This document shows, one piece after another, positions 1-11,197 of a DNA stretch of 64,000 nucleotides (positions are counted from its first letter, which is position 1; every line of letters begins with the position of its first letter). The stretch comes from Isoptericola halotolerans (lineage in GTDB: Bacteria > Actinomycetota > Actinomycetes > Actinomycetales > Cellulomonadaceae). The stretch lies in assembly GCF_013149785.1 (NCBI RefSeq), contig NZ_JABEZU010000003.1, forward strand, positions 62,001-126,000, given 5' to 3'. The notes below the pieces were generated by a model. The model was given only the letters and a program-made list of their open reading frames with translations. It was not told where the DNA came from and did no database searches. The position numbers and the translations under genes are program-made.

Positions 1-1150
<1,150 letters not shown>

Positions 1151-1244
1151 GCTCTGGCGCGACGGTTCGACCCGGTGCACCGGCCGATGAGCACCACCTC
1201 GCCGCCCTGGTTTCTGCTCGGGCGACGTCGCTGACACCCCGAGG

Positions 1245-1595
1245 TCAGTCCAGGTCGAGGTGCAGCCTCAGCGCGTCCTCGACGGCCGCGAGTTGTTCAC
1301 GTGTCAGGCGGCCCGCACGTTCGACCAGTCGTGAGACGTCCAACGCCCGAACCTGCTCTGCCTGCGCCTTGGAGTCGCGTGGCAGTCCGGAGGACTCCTG
1401 GTCGATCAGCACCTGGAACGTCAGCACCCGGCGAGTGCTGCTCGTCAGTGGCACGACCGTGAGGACGCCGCGTCCGAGGCGTCGCGCCACCCTGTTGTGC
1501 GCGTCGTGGGACACGATGACGACCGGCCGGACCTTGTCGGACTTGGAACCTCGCGAGGGGTCGAGGTCCGCGAGCCAGATCTCACCGCGGTGCAT
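1245..1595 (-). CDS. mazF: Type II toxin, PemK/MazF endoribonuclease (MazF9-like)
   Basis: MHRGEIWLADLDPSRGS...KVRPVVIVS...VVPLTS...DSKAQAEQVR; overlaps antitoxin stop. Confidence 0.9.
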   Translation of the reverse strand: MHRGEIWLADLDPSRGSKSDKVRPVVIVSHDAHNRVARRLGRGVLTVVPLTSSTRRVLTFQVLIDQESSGLPRDSKAQAEQVRALDVSRLVERAGRLTREQLAAVEDALRLHLDLD

Positions 1596-1815
1596 CGGCG
1601 TCCAGTCCGTCGCCGACGGTCGCATCCCAGGCGTCGGCATCGTCCGAGTCCGCCCACTCCTCGATCGCCTCGGCGTACTCGGCCTCCAGGTCACGGGCCT
1701 GCAACGCCTTGATCGCGGCATGGATCGTCGCCGAGCGTGAGGACAGTCCCACGCGCTCGGCGTAGGCATCCAGGTAGCGCAGATCTTGCTCCCGCAGGCT
1801 CACACTGACTTTCAT
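1582..1815 (-). CDS. mazE: Ribbon-helix-helix antitoxin (MazE9-like)
   Basis: MKVSVSL RHH strand, SRSA helix, acidic C-terminus WDATVGDG; directly upstream of toxin. Confidence 0.85.
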   Translation of the reverse strand: MKVSVSLREQDLRYLDAYAERVGLSSRSATIHAAIKALQARDLEAEYAEAIEEWADSDDADAWDATVGDGLDADAPR

Positions 1816-1822
1816 ACCCTTG

Positions 1823-1838
1823 ATGCTACTCCGGTAGT
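1823..1838 (-). promoter_or_regulatory. Putative -10 (TAGCAT) of leaderless mazEF transcript overlapping a short imperfect palindrome
   Basis: Minus-strand TAGCAT lies 7 nt before the ATG with no SD; CTAC-N4-GTAG overlaps it (possible autorepression site). Confidence 0.4.
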
Positions 1839-1907
1839 CCGCTCCCATGCCCGGGACTCGGAGGGGACACCCGAGTGCCCGGTGCGCGCAGCGGATAGCC
1901 TGCTCGG

Positions 1908-4628
1908 ATGGAGGATCTGCGCCCCGCCCCCTACCCGGTCGAGTGGGAGGCCGACGTCGTGCTGCGCGACGGCACCACGATGCACGTGCGCCCGATCCGG
2001 CCCGACGACGCCGATGCGATCCAGCGGTTCCAGGAGGGCCAGTCGGAGCGGTCCGCGTACTTCCGGTTCTTCGCGCCCATCAAGCGGCTCACGGACCGTG
2101 AGCTCTCGCGCCTCGTCACCCTCGACCACCAGGACCGCGTCGCCCTGGTCGCGGTCCGCCCCGGGACGGACGACGACGGCGCCGAGCGCGACGACGTCCT
2201 CGGCGTCGCCCGGTTCGACGTCATCACCGACGGCGAGGCGGAGGTCGCGTTCAACATCGCCGACTCCGTGCAGGGCAAGGGTCTGGCCTCCGTGCTCCTG
2301 GAGCACGTCGCGGCGGCCGCGCGCGAGCGCGGGGTGCGGCGCTTCACGGCGGAGGTCCTGCCGCAGAACTCCTCGATGCTCGGGGTCTTCCGCGACGCGG
2401 GCTACGAGATCAGCCAGCACCTGGACGACGGCATCGTCTCCGTCGGCATCGACCTCGACCCCACCGAGCGCTCTCGCGCCGTCATGGCCGACCGGGAGCA
2501 CCGCGCCGAGGCGCGCTCGATGGCGGGCCTGCTGTCGGCGCGCCGCGTCCTGCTGGTCGGGCCCGGCCGGGGGGAGCAGGGGCACGACGACGGCACCCCC
2601 GAGGCGCTGCTCGCCCGTCGCGTCCTGGACGCCCAGGTCAACGACCCCGGCGACACCGAGCTCGTCGTCCTCGACCCGCCCGGCGACGTGCCCGACGGCG
2701 TGGAGCACGCGGCCGGGTGGGACGCCGTCGGGCAGGTCGATCTCGCCCTGCTGGCCGTGGAGCCCGACGACGCCGTGGACACCGTCCGGCGGATCGCCGC
2801 CACCGGGGCGCGCGGCGTCGTCGTGCTGTCCGGCGGGTACGCCGAGGCCGGCACCGACGGCCTGGAACGCCGCCGCGAGCTGCTGCGCACCGCGCACGCC
2901 GCCGGGATGCGCGTCGTGGGGCCGGTCTCCTACGGGGTGCTCACCACCACGCCGGGTGCCGCCCTGCGCGCCAGCCTCGCCCTGCACCCGCCGCGGCCCG
3001 GCGTCGTCGGCCTCTTCTGCCAGTCGGCGGCGGCCGCCGTCACCCTGGCCGCGACGTTGGAACGGCGCGGACTCGGTGTCTCGTCGATGGTCTCTGCGGG
3101 CCACCGCGCCGACGTCTCCGGCAACGACCTCATGCAGTACTGGCAGGACGACGACGCCACCGAGGTCGTGTGCCTGTACCTGGAGTCCATCGGCAACCCG
3201 CGCAAGTTCTCCCGCATCGCGCGGCGGCTGTCCGCCGTCAAGCCGGTGGTGGTGGCCACCGCGGGCCGGTCCGGCCAGGTGGTCCCGCCCGGGCACGCCG
3301 TGCGCGCCACGCACGCCCCGCGACGGCTGCTGGACGAGCTGCTGCGCCAGTCCGGCGTCATCCAGGCCGCCAACACCCACCAGCTCATGGACATCGCCCA
3401 GGTCCTCGCCCACCAGCCGCTCCCGGCCGGGGGCCGCGTGGGGATCCTCGCGTCCTCGGCGGCGCTCGCTGCCCTCGTCGCGGAGGCCGCGGCGTCAGCC
3501 GGCCTGACCGTGGCCGCCTCCAGCGACTTCCTGCGCCCGCACGCCCGCGAGGAGCAGATCGCCCAGACCGTCGACGCGCTCTACGCACCCGGCGCGTGCG
3601 ACGCTGTCGTCGTCGTGGACGTGCCCGTCGTCCAGCCGCGTACCGGGGCGATCGCCCGGGCGGTGGCCGAGGCCGCCGCCCGCACCGGGCGCACCACCGT
3701 CGCCTCCATGCTCGGGCTGCACGGCATGCCGGACGAGCTCACCGCCGAGGCGCCCGACGGCCGCATCGTCCGCATCCCGGCGTTCTCCACGCCCGAGGAC
3801 GCCGTCGTCGCGCTCGGCAAGGTGGTCGAGCACGCCGGCTCCCGGGCCGAGGAGCGCGGCCACTACGTGATGCCCGACGGCGTGGACGCGCGCCGGGCGC
3901 GCCGCCTCGTCACCGGCTGGCTCGCCGGGCGTGACGCGTGCGACCTCGACGCCGACGAGGCCGCCGAGCTGCTCGCCTGCTACGGCCTGCGCCTGTGGCC
4001 GTCCCGGCAGGTCAGCACGCCCGAGGAGGCGGTCGCCGTCGCGGACGAGCTCGGCTGGCCCGTCGCGCTGAAGAGCGCCTCGCCCGCGCTGCGGCACCGC
4101 AGCGACCTCGGGGGAGTGCGGCTCGACATCGCCGACGCCGCCGAGCTGCGCGCCGACGTCGCCCGGATGCGGGAGAACGCCGCCACGGTGCTCGGCGTGC
4201 AGGACGCGGTCTTCGAGGTCCAGTCCATGGCGCCGGTGGGGGTCTCCTGCGTGATCCGCTGCGCCGAGGACCCGCTGTTCGGCCCGATGGTGTCCTTCGG
4301 GCTGGCCGGCGACGCCGTCGACCTGCTCGACGACGTCGCGCACGGCATCCCGCCCCTGACCGACGTGGACGTCTCGGCCCTGGTGAGCACCGTGCGCGCC
4401 GCGCCGCGGCTGTACGGCTACGGGGGAGCGCCGCCCGCGGACGTCGACGCGCTCGAGGACGTCCTCGCCCGTGTCTCCGTCATGGCCGACGACCTGCCCG
4501 AGCTCGCCTCCCTGGAGCTGTACCCCGTGACGGTGGCCGAGCAGGGCGCCTCGGTGCTGCACGCCACCGTGCGGCTGCGCCCCGCGGGCCGCCGCGCCGA
4601 CTCCCTGCGCCGCGCCCTGCCGGGCTGA
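1908..4628 (+). CDS. GNAT + CoA-binding/ATP-grasp-like protein lysine acetyltransferase (Pat type)
   Basis: N-terminal GNAT (QGKGLA, F.AEVL..N..M), then acyl-CoA synthetase-like domains (SAGHRADVSGND, YLESIGNPRKF, DPLFGP). Confidence 0.88.
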   Translation: MEDLRPAPYPVEWEADVVLRDGTTMHVRPIRPDDADAIQRFQEGQSERSAYFRFFAPIKRLTDRELSRLVTLDHQDRVALVAVRPGTDDDGAERDDVLGVARFDVITDGEAEVAFNIADSVQGKGLASVLLEHVAAAARERGVRRFTAEVLPQNSSMLGVFRDAGYEISQHLDDGIVSVGIDLDPTERSRAVMADREHRAEARSMAGLLSARRVLLVGPGRGEQGHDDGTPEALLARRVLDAQVNDPGDTELVVLDPPGDVPDGVEHAAGWDAVGQVDLALLAVEPDDAVDTVRRIAATGARGVVVLSGGYAEAGTDGLERRRELLRTAHAAGMRVVGPVSYGVLTTTPGAALRASLALHPPRPGVVGLFCQSAAAAVTLAATLERRGLGVSSMVSAGHRADVSGNDLMQYWQDDDATEVVCLYLESIGNPRKFSRIARRLSAVKPVVVATAGRSGQVVPPGHAVRATHAPRRLLDELLRQSGVIQAANTHQLMDIAQVLAHQPLPAGGRVGILASSAALAALVAEAAASAGLTVAASSDFLRPHAREEQIAQTVDALYAPGACDAVVVVDVPVVQPRTGAIARAVAEAAARTGRTTVASMLGLHGMPDELTAEAPDGRIVRIPAFSTPEDAVVALGKVVEHAGSRAEERGHYVMPDGVDARRARRLVTGWLAGRDACDLDADEAAELLACYGLRLWPSRQVSTPEEAVAVADELGWPVALKSASPALRHRSDLGGVRLDIADAAELRADVARMRENAATVLGVQDAVFEVQSMAPVGVSCVIRCAEDPLFGPMVSFGLAGDAVDLLDDVAHGIPPLTDVDVSALVSTVRAAPRLYGYGGAPPADVDALEDVLARVSVMADDLPELASLELYPVTVAEQGASVLHATVRLRPAGRRADSLRRALPG

Positions 4629-4695
4629 CGGCGGCGTGCGACTGCTCTGTCCACAGCAGGTCACACGGCGTTGCCAGGAGTGGGAAGATGGGCGG

Positions 4696-5295
4696 GTGCC
4701 TTCTGCGACCGCCCGCAAGAACCTTCGCGACGACCTGACCGCCCACGTGTTCCGGGCCGGGTACTACCCGGACCTGGTCAACGACGTGATCGACGTCGCG
4801 CTCGCCGACGAGCCCGTCCTCGCGCACCTCGTCCAGGCGGAGACCACGTTCGACAGCCAGGTGCGCCGTCACCTGACCGTCCTCGTGCTGACCCCGACGC
4901 GCCTGGTCGCCGCGCACGTCGACGACCACGAGGGCGACGCCGCCAACCCGTCGTCCGCCGCGGCCACCACCGAGGCCGTACCCCTCGGCGAGGTGCGGTC
5001 CGTCGCGCTCACGCACGTCGTGGCCGAGCCCGCCGACCACCGGCCCGGGGACAGCGCCGCCGAGCTGACGCTCGCGGTCGGCTGGGGCGCGGTCTCCCGC
5101 CTCGACCTCGAGCCCGCGACGTGCCCGGACCCGAACTGCGAGGCCGACCACGGGTACACCGGGCAGATCACACCCGACGACATCGTCGTGCGGGTCTCCG
5201 ACGCCGCCGAGGGGCGCGACGCCGTGCGCCGTGCCGCCGCGTTCGCCCGCGAGCTCTCGGCCGCCACCGGGGTGGGCGGGCGCCCCACCCGATGA
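4696..5295 (+). CDS. Conserved actinobacterial protein (DUF5998-like)
   Basis: RAGYYP, ETTFD, LEPATCPDPNCEADHGYTG motif; usual position between Pat and phosphodiesterase. Confidence 0.75.
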   Translation: MPSATARKNLRDDLTAHVFRAGYYPDLVNDVIDVALADEPVLAHLVQAETTFDSQVRRHLTVLVLTPTRLVAAHVDDHEGDAANPSSAAATTEAVPLGEVRSVALTHVVAEPADHRPGDSAAELTLAVGWGAVSRLDLEPATCPDPNCEADHGYTGQITPDDIVVRVSDAAEGRDAVRRAAAFARELSAATGVGGRPTR

Positions 5296-6500
5296 CCGCG
5301 ATCCCGCTGCCCGACGACCTCGTCGCGCCGTCCTACGGCACCGACTCCCTGGCCGCGGTCCTCCCGGCAGCCGCCGGCTGCCTCGGCGTGGACGTCACCA
5401 CCAGCACCGGCCTGCGGTCGACCGCCTGCGCGGCCGCGCTGGGTCTGCCGGCCGCGCGGCGCGTCGTCGTCGTCATGGTGGACGGCCTCGGCCTGCACAA
5501 CCTCGCCGAGCGCGGCGGGCACGCACCGTTCCTGCGCCGCCTGCTGCCCGAAGCGCACTCGTTGGTGACCAGCTTCCCGTCGACGACGGCGGCCGCGCTC
5601 GCCACCTTCGGCACCGGCACCGCACCGGGCCTGACCGGCATGCTGGGGTACACCCAGCGCAACCCCGCCACCGGCGGGCTGGCCACCATGGTGTCCTGGC
5701 AGGAGCAGTCCGACCCGTACCGGCCCGAGCCCAAGACCTCTGCGCCGCTGGGCACCGACCCGGCCGACCTGCAGCGCGAGCCCACGGTCTTCGAGGCGCT
5801 CGGCGCCGGGGTCAGTGTCGTGGCCCCCGGTCCTGCCAAGTTCGCCGGGTCCGGCATGACGCGCGCCGCCCTGCGCGGACCGCGCTACGTGGTGGCCGAG
5901 ACGTTCGCCGAGCGCGTCGACGCGACGCTGCGGGCCCTGCGCGACGACGGGCTCGTCTACCTCTACCAGGGCGAGGTCGACGCGGTCGGGCACCAGCACG
6001 GACCGGACTCGTGGCAGTGGGGCGACGCGCTGGAGGCCACCGACGCCGAGCTGCGCCGCCTCGCCGCGAGCGTCCCGGCCGGCACCCTGATCCTCGTCAC
6101 CGCCGACCACGGCCAGGTCACGACCGACCCCGCCCGCCAGCACGACGTCGCCGCCGTCCCCGCCCTCGACCAGGACGTCGCCCTGCTCGGTGGCGAGCCG
6201 CGCATGACCCACGTCTACGCCGCCCCCGGCGCGGACCCCGCGGGGATCGCGCAGCGGTGGGCCGCCACGCTGGGTGAGGACGCCGTCGTCGTGCCGCGCG
6301 ACGCCGCGACCGACGCCGGCTGGCTCGGGCCCGTGGCCGACCACGTGCTGCCCGCGGTGGGTGACGTGCTCGTCGCCGCGCGGGGGAGGGCCACCGTCGT
6401 CGACTCCCGGCTGCACTCCGCCAACGCCCGGCGCATGCCGGGCGTCCACGGGTCGCTGACGCCCACCGAGATGGTCGTCCCGCTGCTCGTCGCCTTCTGA
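5292..6500 (+). CDS. Alkaline phosphatase/nucleotide pyrophosphatase family protein
   Basis: VDGLG, FPSTT, D..GH..G, TADHG, HGSLT motifs; ATGA coupling to upstream gene. Confidence 0.85.
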   Translation: MTAIPLPDDLVAPSYGTDSLAAVLPAAAGCLGVDVTTSTGLRSTACAAALGLPAARRVVVVMVDGLGLHNLAERGGHAPFLRRLLPEAHSLVTSFPSTTAAALATFGTGTAPGLTGMLGYTQRNPATGGLATMVSWQEQSDPYRPEPKTSAPLGTDPADLQREPTVFEALGAGVSVVAPGPAKFAGSGMTRAALRGPRYVVAETFAERVDATLRALRDDGLVYLYQGEVDAVGHQHGPDSWQWGDALEATDAELRRLAASVPAGTLILVTADHGQVTTDPARQHDVAAVPALDQDVALLGGEPRMTHVYAAPGADPAGIAQRWAATLGEDAVVVPRDAATDAGWLGPVADHVLPAVGDVLVAARGRATVVDSRLHSANARRMPGVHGSLTPTEMVVPLLVAF

Positions 6501-6526
6501 ACACCGCCGTCTGACAGGATCTGAGC

Positions 6527-7171
6527 ATGGCCGAGCTCGTCTTCTTCTCCGGGACCATGGACAGCGGCAAGTCGACGCTGGCCCTGCAGACGGACCACAA
6601 CCACCGCGCCCGCGGACGCCACGGCATCATCTTCACGCGCAACGACCGCGCCGGCGCGGCCCGGCTGTCGTCGCGGCTCGGCCTCGAGGTCGACGCGCGC
6701 GAGGTCACCGAGGACACCGACTTCTGGCAGGTCATCACCGCCGAGCGGCAGCACGGCCACGTCGTGGACTACCTGGTGTGCGACGAGGCGCAGTTCTACT
6801 CGCCCGCGCAGGTCGAGCAGCTCGCGCGCCTGGTCGACGAGATCGAGATGGACGTCTTCGCGTTCGGCATCACCGCCGACTTCCGCACCCGGTTGTTCCC
6901 CGGCTCGGCACGTCTCGTGGAGCTCGCCGACCGCATGGAGGTGCTGCAGGTGCAGTCCCTGTGCTGGTGCGGGGCGCGGGCCACCCACAACGCCCGGACC
7001 GTCGGCGGGGTCATGGTCGTCGAGGGCGACCAGGTCGTCGTCGGGGACGTCGCCTCCGGGGCGGAGGTCGCCTACGAGGTGCTGTGCCGCCGGCACCACA
7101 TGCGACGGATGACCCAAGACACCGCCCGGCGGCTCGCGCCGTCGACGGACACGCTGCTCGACATGCACTGA
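6527..7171 (+). CDS. tdk: Thymidine kinase
   Basis: GTMDSGKST P-loop, DEAQF, CWCG and LCRRH zinc ligands. Confidence 0.92.
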   Translation: MAELVFFSGTMDSGKSTLALQTDHNHRARGRHGIIFTRNDRAGAARLSSRLGLEVDAREVTEDTDFWQVITAERQHGHVVDYLVCDEAQFYSPAQVEQLARLVDEIEMDVFAFGITADFRTRLFPGSARLVELADRMEVLQVQSLCWCGARATHNARTVGGVMVVEGDQVVVGDVASGAEVAYEVLCRRHHMRRMTQDTARRLAPSTDTLLDMH

Positions 7172-7186
7172 GCGGTGCGACCGGCC

Positions 7187-8422
7187 TCAGGACGAGGGGC
7201 GCGCACCGCCGAACACGATCTCGTCCCAGCTCGGCACCTGCGCGCGCCCCTTGCGCGGGGAGCGCCGACCGGACTTGCCCGGCTTGGGCGGGGCGGGGAC
7301 GTCGCCCAGGACCGCCGACGGCACGGGCGCCGCAGTGCCCGGCACCACCGGTTCGGTCGCCACGGGGTCCGAGGTCACGGGCTCCGCAACCACCGGGTCG
7401 GTCGCCGTCGGTCCGGGACCGTCCGTACCTGGCGTCGACGGTGAACCTTCCGGGCCGCTCGCGGCTCCCCGGTCGGTCTCCGGCTCGGTGGCCGGTGACC
7501 CGCTGCCACGCGCGGAGCCGGTCTCCGGCGCAGGGTCCTCGTCCGTGGCCTGCTCGGCGGGCGCTGCGCCCGGCGAGTCGGCCGAGCCGGCGCTGCGCGA
7601 GGCACGCTGCGCGTCGCGCCGCGCACCGAGGTCGACCACGCTCGCGCCGTCGTCGGGCACGGGTGGGGGTGTCAGATCGAGGGGCAGCTCCTGGTCCTGC
7701 GGGCCGGCGTCGCTGCGTCGGGGCCGTTGCGCCGGACGCTGACCGCGCCGACCTGCCAGGTCGTCGAGCAGCCGTGCCGTGGCGTCGCCCGCCGGATCGG
7801 GTGGTGCGGGGCGTCGCCGGTCGACCACGCCGGGCACGCCCAGCACCTCGGGGGAGACCGGGTCGTCGGGCTGCCCGAGCCAGCGCGCCTCGTCGTCCAG
7901 CGCGACCACGACGCGGCCCTTGGGGTCGAACGACCAGCGGGCGGTGCGCTCGCGCTCCCCGGCGGTGAAGCGGACCTCCACGTGCCACGGGGCGTTGCCC
8001 TCGCGCCGGGCGGTCCACGTGGCCTCGCCCTCGCGGACGCCCCGCGCGGCCAGACGGCTGTCCGCCAGCTCACCCAGGTCGGTCTTCCCCTCGGGGTCGA
8101 CGTGGTGGGTGCGCACCTGGTTGACGACGTGGTCGCGTTCGGTGATGACCGGCCACTCGTAGCGGCGCACGTGCTCCAGGGGAAGCCCGGAGGTCTCGGC
8201 CAGGTCCTCGGCCGTCGCCCCGGCGCGCAGTCGTGCCTGCACCTCGCGGGGACGCAGCGTCGCCGCGGACTCGGCCTGCAGCGCCTCGGTCCGCGGCCTG
8301 TCGCGACGGACCGCGGCCCGCAGCGCCTCGGTGATCGTCAAGGTGTGCTCGACGCCGTCCGGGCCGCGCAGGACCAGGCGCTCGGCGTCCTCGTGCAACG
8401 TCACGAGCTCGAGCTCTGCCAT
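7187..8422 (-). CDS. sepH: Septation protein SepH (DUF3071)
   Basis: LRPREVQARLRAG HTH region, low-complexity linker, C-terminal RAQVPSWDEIVFG. Confidence 0.85.
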   Translation of the reverse strand: MAELELVTLHEDAERLVLRGPDGVEHTLTITEALRAAVRRDRPRTEALQAESAATLRPREVQARLRAGATAEDLAETSGLPLEHVRRYEWPVITERDHVVNQVRTHHVDPEGKTDLGELADSRLAARGVREGEATWTARREGNAPWHVEVRFTAGERERTARWSFDPKGRVVVALDDEARWLGQPDDPVSPEVLGVPGVVDRRRPAPPDPAGDATARLLDDLAGRRGQRPAQRPRRSDAGPQDQELPLDLTPPPVPDDGASVVDLGARRDAQRASRSAGSADSPGAAPAEQATDEDPAPETGSARGSGSPATEPETDRGAASGPEGSPSTPGTDGPGPTATDPVVAEPVTSDPVATEPVVPGTAAPVPSAVLGDVPAPPKPGKSGRRSPRKGRAQVPSWDEIVFGGARPSS

Positions 8423-8560
8423 GGTTCCTCCTCACGCCCGCCCGCACGGCGGGCCCGCTCGTTCGAGGGTGCCACCCGTGACGGCCCGCCGCGTGCAGGC
8501 GCGTCGGTGTGCCGCGAATCCTCGGTTGCTCGTGGCCCGGGCGCTGGACAGGATGACCCC

Positions 8561-9226
8561 GTGGAGAACCTGATGGCCGGAGTCAGCGTCCTCGAGACGG
8601 CAGCCGTCTTCGTCGCGGCGGTCTCCGGGGCGCTGGCCGCCGTGCGCAAGCGGTTCGACCTGTTCGGCGTGCTGGTGCTGGCCTGGGTGTGCGGGCTCGG
8701 CGGCGGCATCCTGCGCGACCTGCTCATCGGCGACACCCCGCCGGTGGGCATCTCGAGCTGGCGGCTGGTCGTCGCGGCGCTCGCGGCGGGACTGGTCACG
8801 TTCGTGCTGCACCCGGGGCTGGCCCGGCTGCGCCGCTCCGTGGTCGTGCTCGACGCCGCCGCGCTGTCGTTGTTCGTCGTCCAGGGCACGACCAAGTCGT
8901 TGGAGCTCGACGCCGGGCTGCTCGCCTCGCTCGTCGTCGGTGTCCTCACGGGCGTCGGGGGTGGTGTCCTGCGCGACATGCTCGTGGGCGAGACGCCCCT
9001 GATCTTCGCCGACCGGCAGCTCTACGCCGTCCCGGCGATCCTCGGCGCGGGCGCCGTCGTCGTGCTGTGGGAGACGGGGTGGTGGGCGTGGTGGTCCGCG
9101 CTGTGCGTCGTGGCCTTCGTGCTGGGCTTCCGGCTGCTGTCCCTCGCGCTCGGCTGGGTCGTGCCGCACGTCGGCGGCGGCTGGACCGGCCGGTGGGGCC
9201 GGGAATCGGGCAGGATGGACGGGTGA
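8561..9226 (+). CDS. TRIC channel family (YadS/YeiH-like) membrane protein
   Basis: Duplicated GGG.LRD motifs, FDLFG, multiple hydrophobic helices; start 8561 or 8573. Confidence 0.85.
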   Translation: MENLMAGVSVLETAAVFVAAVSGALAAVRKRFDLFGVLVLAWVCGLGGGILRDLLIGDTPPVGISSWRLVVAALAAGLVTFVLHPGLARLRRSVVVLDAAALSLFVVQGTTKSLELDAGLLASLVVGVLTGVGGGVLRDMLVGETPLIFADRQLYAVPAILGAGAVVVLWETGWWAWWSALCVVAFVLGFRLLSLALGWVVPHVGGGWTGRWGRESGRMDG

Positions 9227-10065
9227 CCTCACAGCCTGCCCTCCCGTCCGCACCCGAGATCGCCGACCTGCGCTCCCTGGCCCGATCGCTCGCGCTCGAG
9301 GCCGGGGCGATGGTGCGTGGTGGCCGCCCCGACCGGGTCGTGGTCGCGGCCACGAAGTCCACCGACGTCGATCCGGTGACCGAGATGGACCGCGCCTCGG
9401 AGGCCCTGCTGCGCCGGCGTCTGGCCGCTCGCCGTCCGCAGGACGCGATCCTCGGTGAGGAGGGCGACGACGTCCCCGGCACGAGCGGTCTGACGTGGGT
9501 CGTGGATCCGATCGACGGGACCGTCAACTACCTGTACGGCATCGCCTCCTACGCCGTCTCCGTGGCCGTGGTGGCGGGCGGGACCGACCCGGCCACCTGG
9601 ACGCCGCTGGCCGGGGCCGTGCACTCCGTGGTGGACGGCGTGACCTGGACGGCGGCCCGCGGTCAGGGTGCTGAGAAGGACGGTCGGGAGCTGCGGGTGC
9701 GCGAGGCGACCTCGCTCGCGACCTGCCTGGTCGGCACCGGCTTCGGGTACGACGCGACGCGACGGGCGCACCAGGCCCGCGTGCTGGGGCAGGTGCTGCC
9801 CCGGGTGCGCGACATCCGCCGTCTCGGTGCGGCGGCCATCGACCTGTGCCTCCTCGCCGAGGGCTCCCTCGACCTCTACTACGAGCGTGGTCTCAACCCG
9901 TGGGACGTCGCCGCCGGAGGCCTGGTGGCCGTCGAGGCCGGTGCCGCGCTGTCCGGGCTGCGGGGAGCGCCCGCGACGCAGCTCATGACCGTCGCCGGGG
10001 CGCCGGCGCGGCAGACGGAGCTGGTGGCCCTGCTGGAGGCCGCTGACGCCGACGGGCTCGAGTGA
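9223..10065 (+). CDS. Inositol monophosphatase family protein
   Basis: ILGEEG, WVVDPIDGTVNY, WDVAAG motifs. Confidence 0.92.
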   Translation: MTSQPALPSAPEIADLRSLARSLALEAGAMVRGGRPDRVVVAATKSTDVDPVTEMDRASEALLRRRLAARRPQDAILGEEGDDVPGTSGLTWVVDPIDGTVNYLYGIASYAVSVAVVAGGTDPATWTPLAGAVHSVVDGVTWTAARGQGAEKDGRELRVREATSLATCLVGTGFGYDATRRAHQARVLGQVLPRVRDIRRLGAAAIDLCLLAEGSLDLYYERGLNPWDVAAGGLVAVEAGAALSGLRGAPATQLMTVAGAPARQTELVALLEAADADGLE

Positions 10066-10253
10066 CCCGGCGCGAGGCTGAGATCAGCTACTGTTTGCGC
10101 TGGTCAACCCGGGTGTGACCGGCGCGACACGGCGTCGTGTCGCGTACCCGCCACGAATAGTGCAGAATCCGGGGGCCGACCGGGAACAAAACCAGTCCGC
10201 CGAGCATTACCAGCGCGTACCGCCACCGACCCCCACGGAGTGTGACACCACAG

Positions 10254-10553
10254 ATGGCAACCGACTACGACGCACCCCGCAAGAACGAAGAGGACAACGA
10301 GCAGGACTCCATCCAGGAGCTCCAGGCCCGTCGTTCCGACAAGTCGTCGGGTGTCGTCGACGAGGACGAGACGGAAGCCGCGGAAGGGTTCGAGCTCCCG
10401 GGCGCCGACCTGTCCGGCGAGGAGCTCGCGGTGCGCGTCCTTCCCCGCCAGGCTGACGAGTTCACGTGCTCGAGCTGCTTCCTCGTGCACCACCGCAGCC
10501 AGCTGGCCTACGAGAAGAAGGGCCAGATGATCTGCACGGAGTGCGCCGCCTGA
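10254..10553 (+). CDS. DUF4193 family small zinc-binding protein
   Basis: MATDYDAPR...FTCSSCFLVHHRSQ...ICTEC. Confidence 0.85.
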   Translation: MATDYDAPRKNEEDNEQDSIQELQARRSDKSSGVVDEDETEAAEGFELPGADLSGEELAVRVLPRQADEFTCSSCFLVHHRSQLAYEKKGQMICTECAA

Positions 10554-10590
10554 CGTTCGAGCCTGGCACCAGTCCAGTCCCCGACACCCG

Positions 10591-10617
10591 GGCCGTCATG
10601 TCCTCGACGTGACGGCC
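10591..10617 (+). terminator. Putative intrinsic terminator hairpin
   Basis: GGCCGTCATGTC-CTC-GACGTGACGGCC between convergent genes. Confidence 0.55.
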
Positions 10618-10659
10618 TTCGTCGTCCCCGGACCGTGCGGGCCGACGGCGCCGGAGCGC

Positions 10660-11154
10660 TCAGCGGGCCGCCGCCTCCTCGATCGCCGCGGCCAGGTCGT
10701 CCGGACGGCGCGTGGAGATCAACCAGTACGGCGTCGGGTCCAGCGGGTCCACCAGCTCCGCCTTGAGCCCCGTGCGGGCCCAGCTGCGCAGGCAGACGTA
10801 CGCGCGGGCGTCGAGCTCCGGCCCGAGCTGTACCCGCATCTCCTCCGCGCTGAACACGGGGGTGACGGGCCCCAGCAGGCCGACGGGGACGTGGGCGGTC
10901 CCGGCGCGCAGCTCGCCGTCGGCTACCTCGACCACCGGGGCGGTGGCGACCAGGGCGGCGATCACGCCCGCCGCGGCCAGGATCCCTGCGCCCGGCGCGA
11001 CCAGCGGGGCGACGGGCAGGACCACCACGGCCACGATCACCCCGAGCCCCACCGCGGCGACCCACGCGCCCGGTCCCGGCAGCAGGCGCTCGCGGAACAG
11101 CGGTGTCGGCGCCGAGCCGGTGGTGTCGGATGATCGCGTGGACGCGTCGTTCAT
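10660..11154 (-). CDS. DUF3093 family membrane protein
   Basis: FRERL.P, two TM helices, DPLDPTPYWLISTRRP; divergent from dut. Confidence 0.82.
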   Translation of the reverse strand: MNDASTRSSDTTGSAPTPLFRERLLPGPGAWVAAVGLGVIVAVVVLPVAPLVAPGAGILAAAGVIAALVATAPVVEVADGELRAGTAHVPVGLLGPVTPVFSAEEMRVQLGPELDARAYVCLRSWARTGLKAELVDPLDPTPYWLISTRRPDDLAAAIEEAAAR

Positions 11155-11197
11155 GCGTACATCATCGCAGGCCCCAGGTGTCCGATAGGCTGCCCCG

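Noticed and set aside
10183..10210. SigH/SigR-like GGAAC-N17 promoter before DUF4193
   Set aside because: The -10 reads CATT rather than CGTT; too weak to call.
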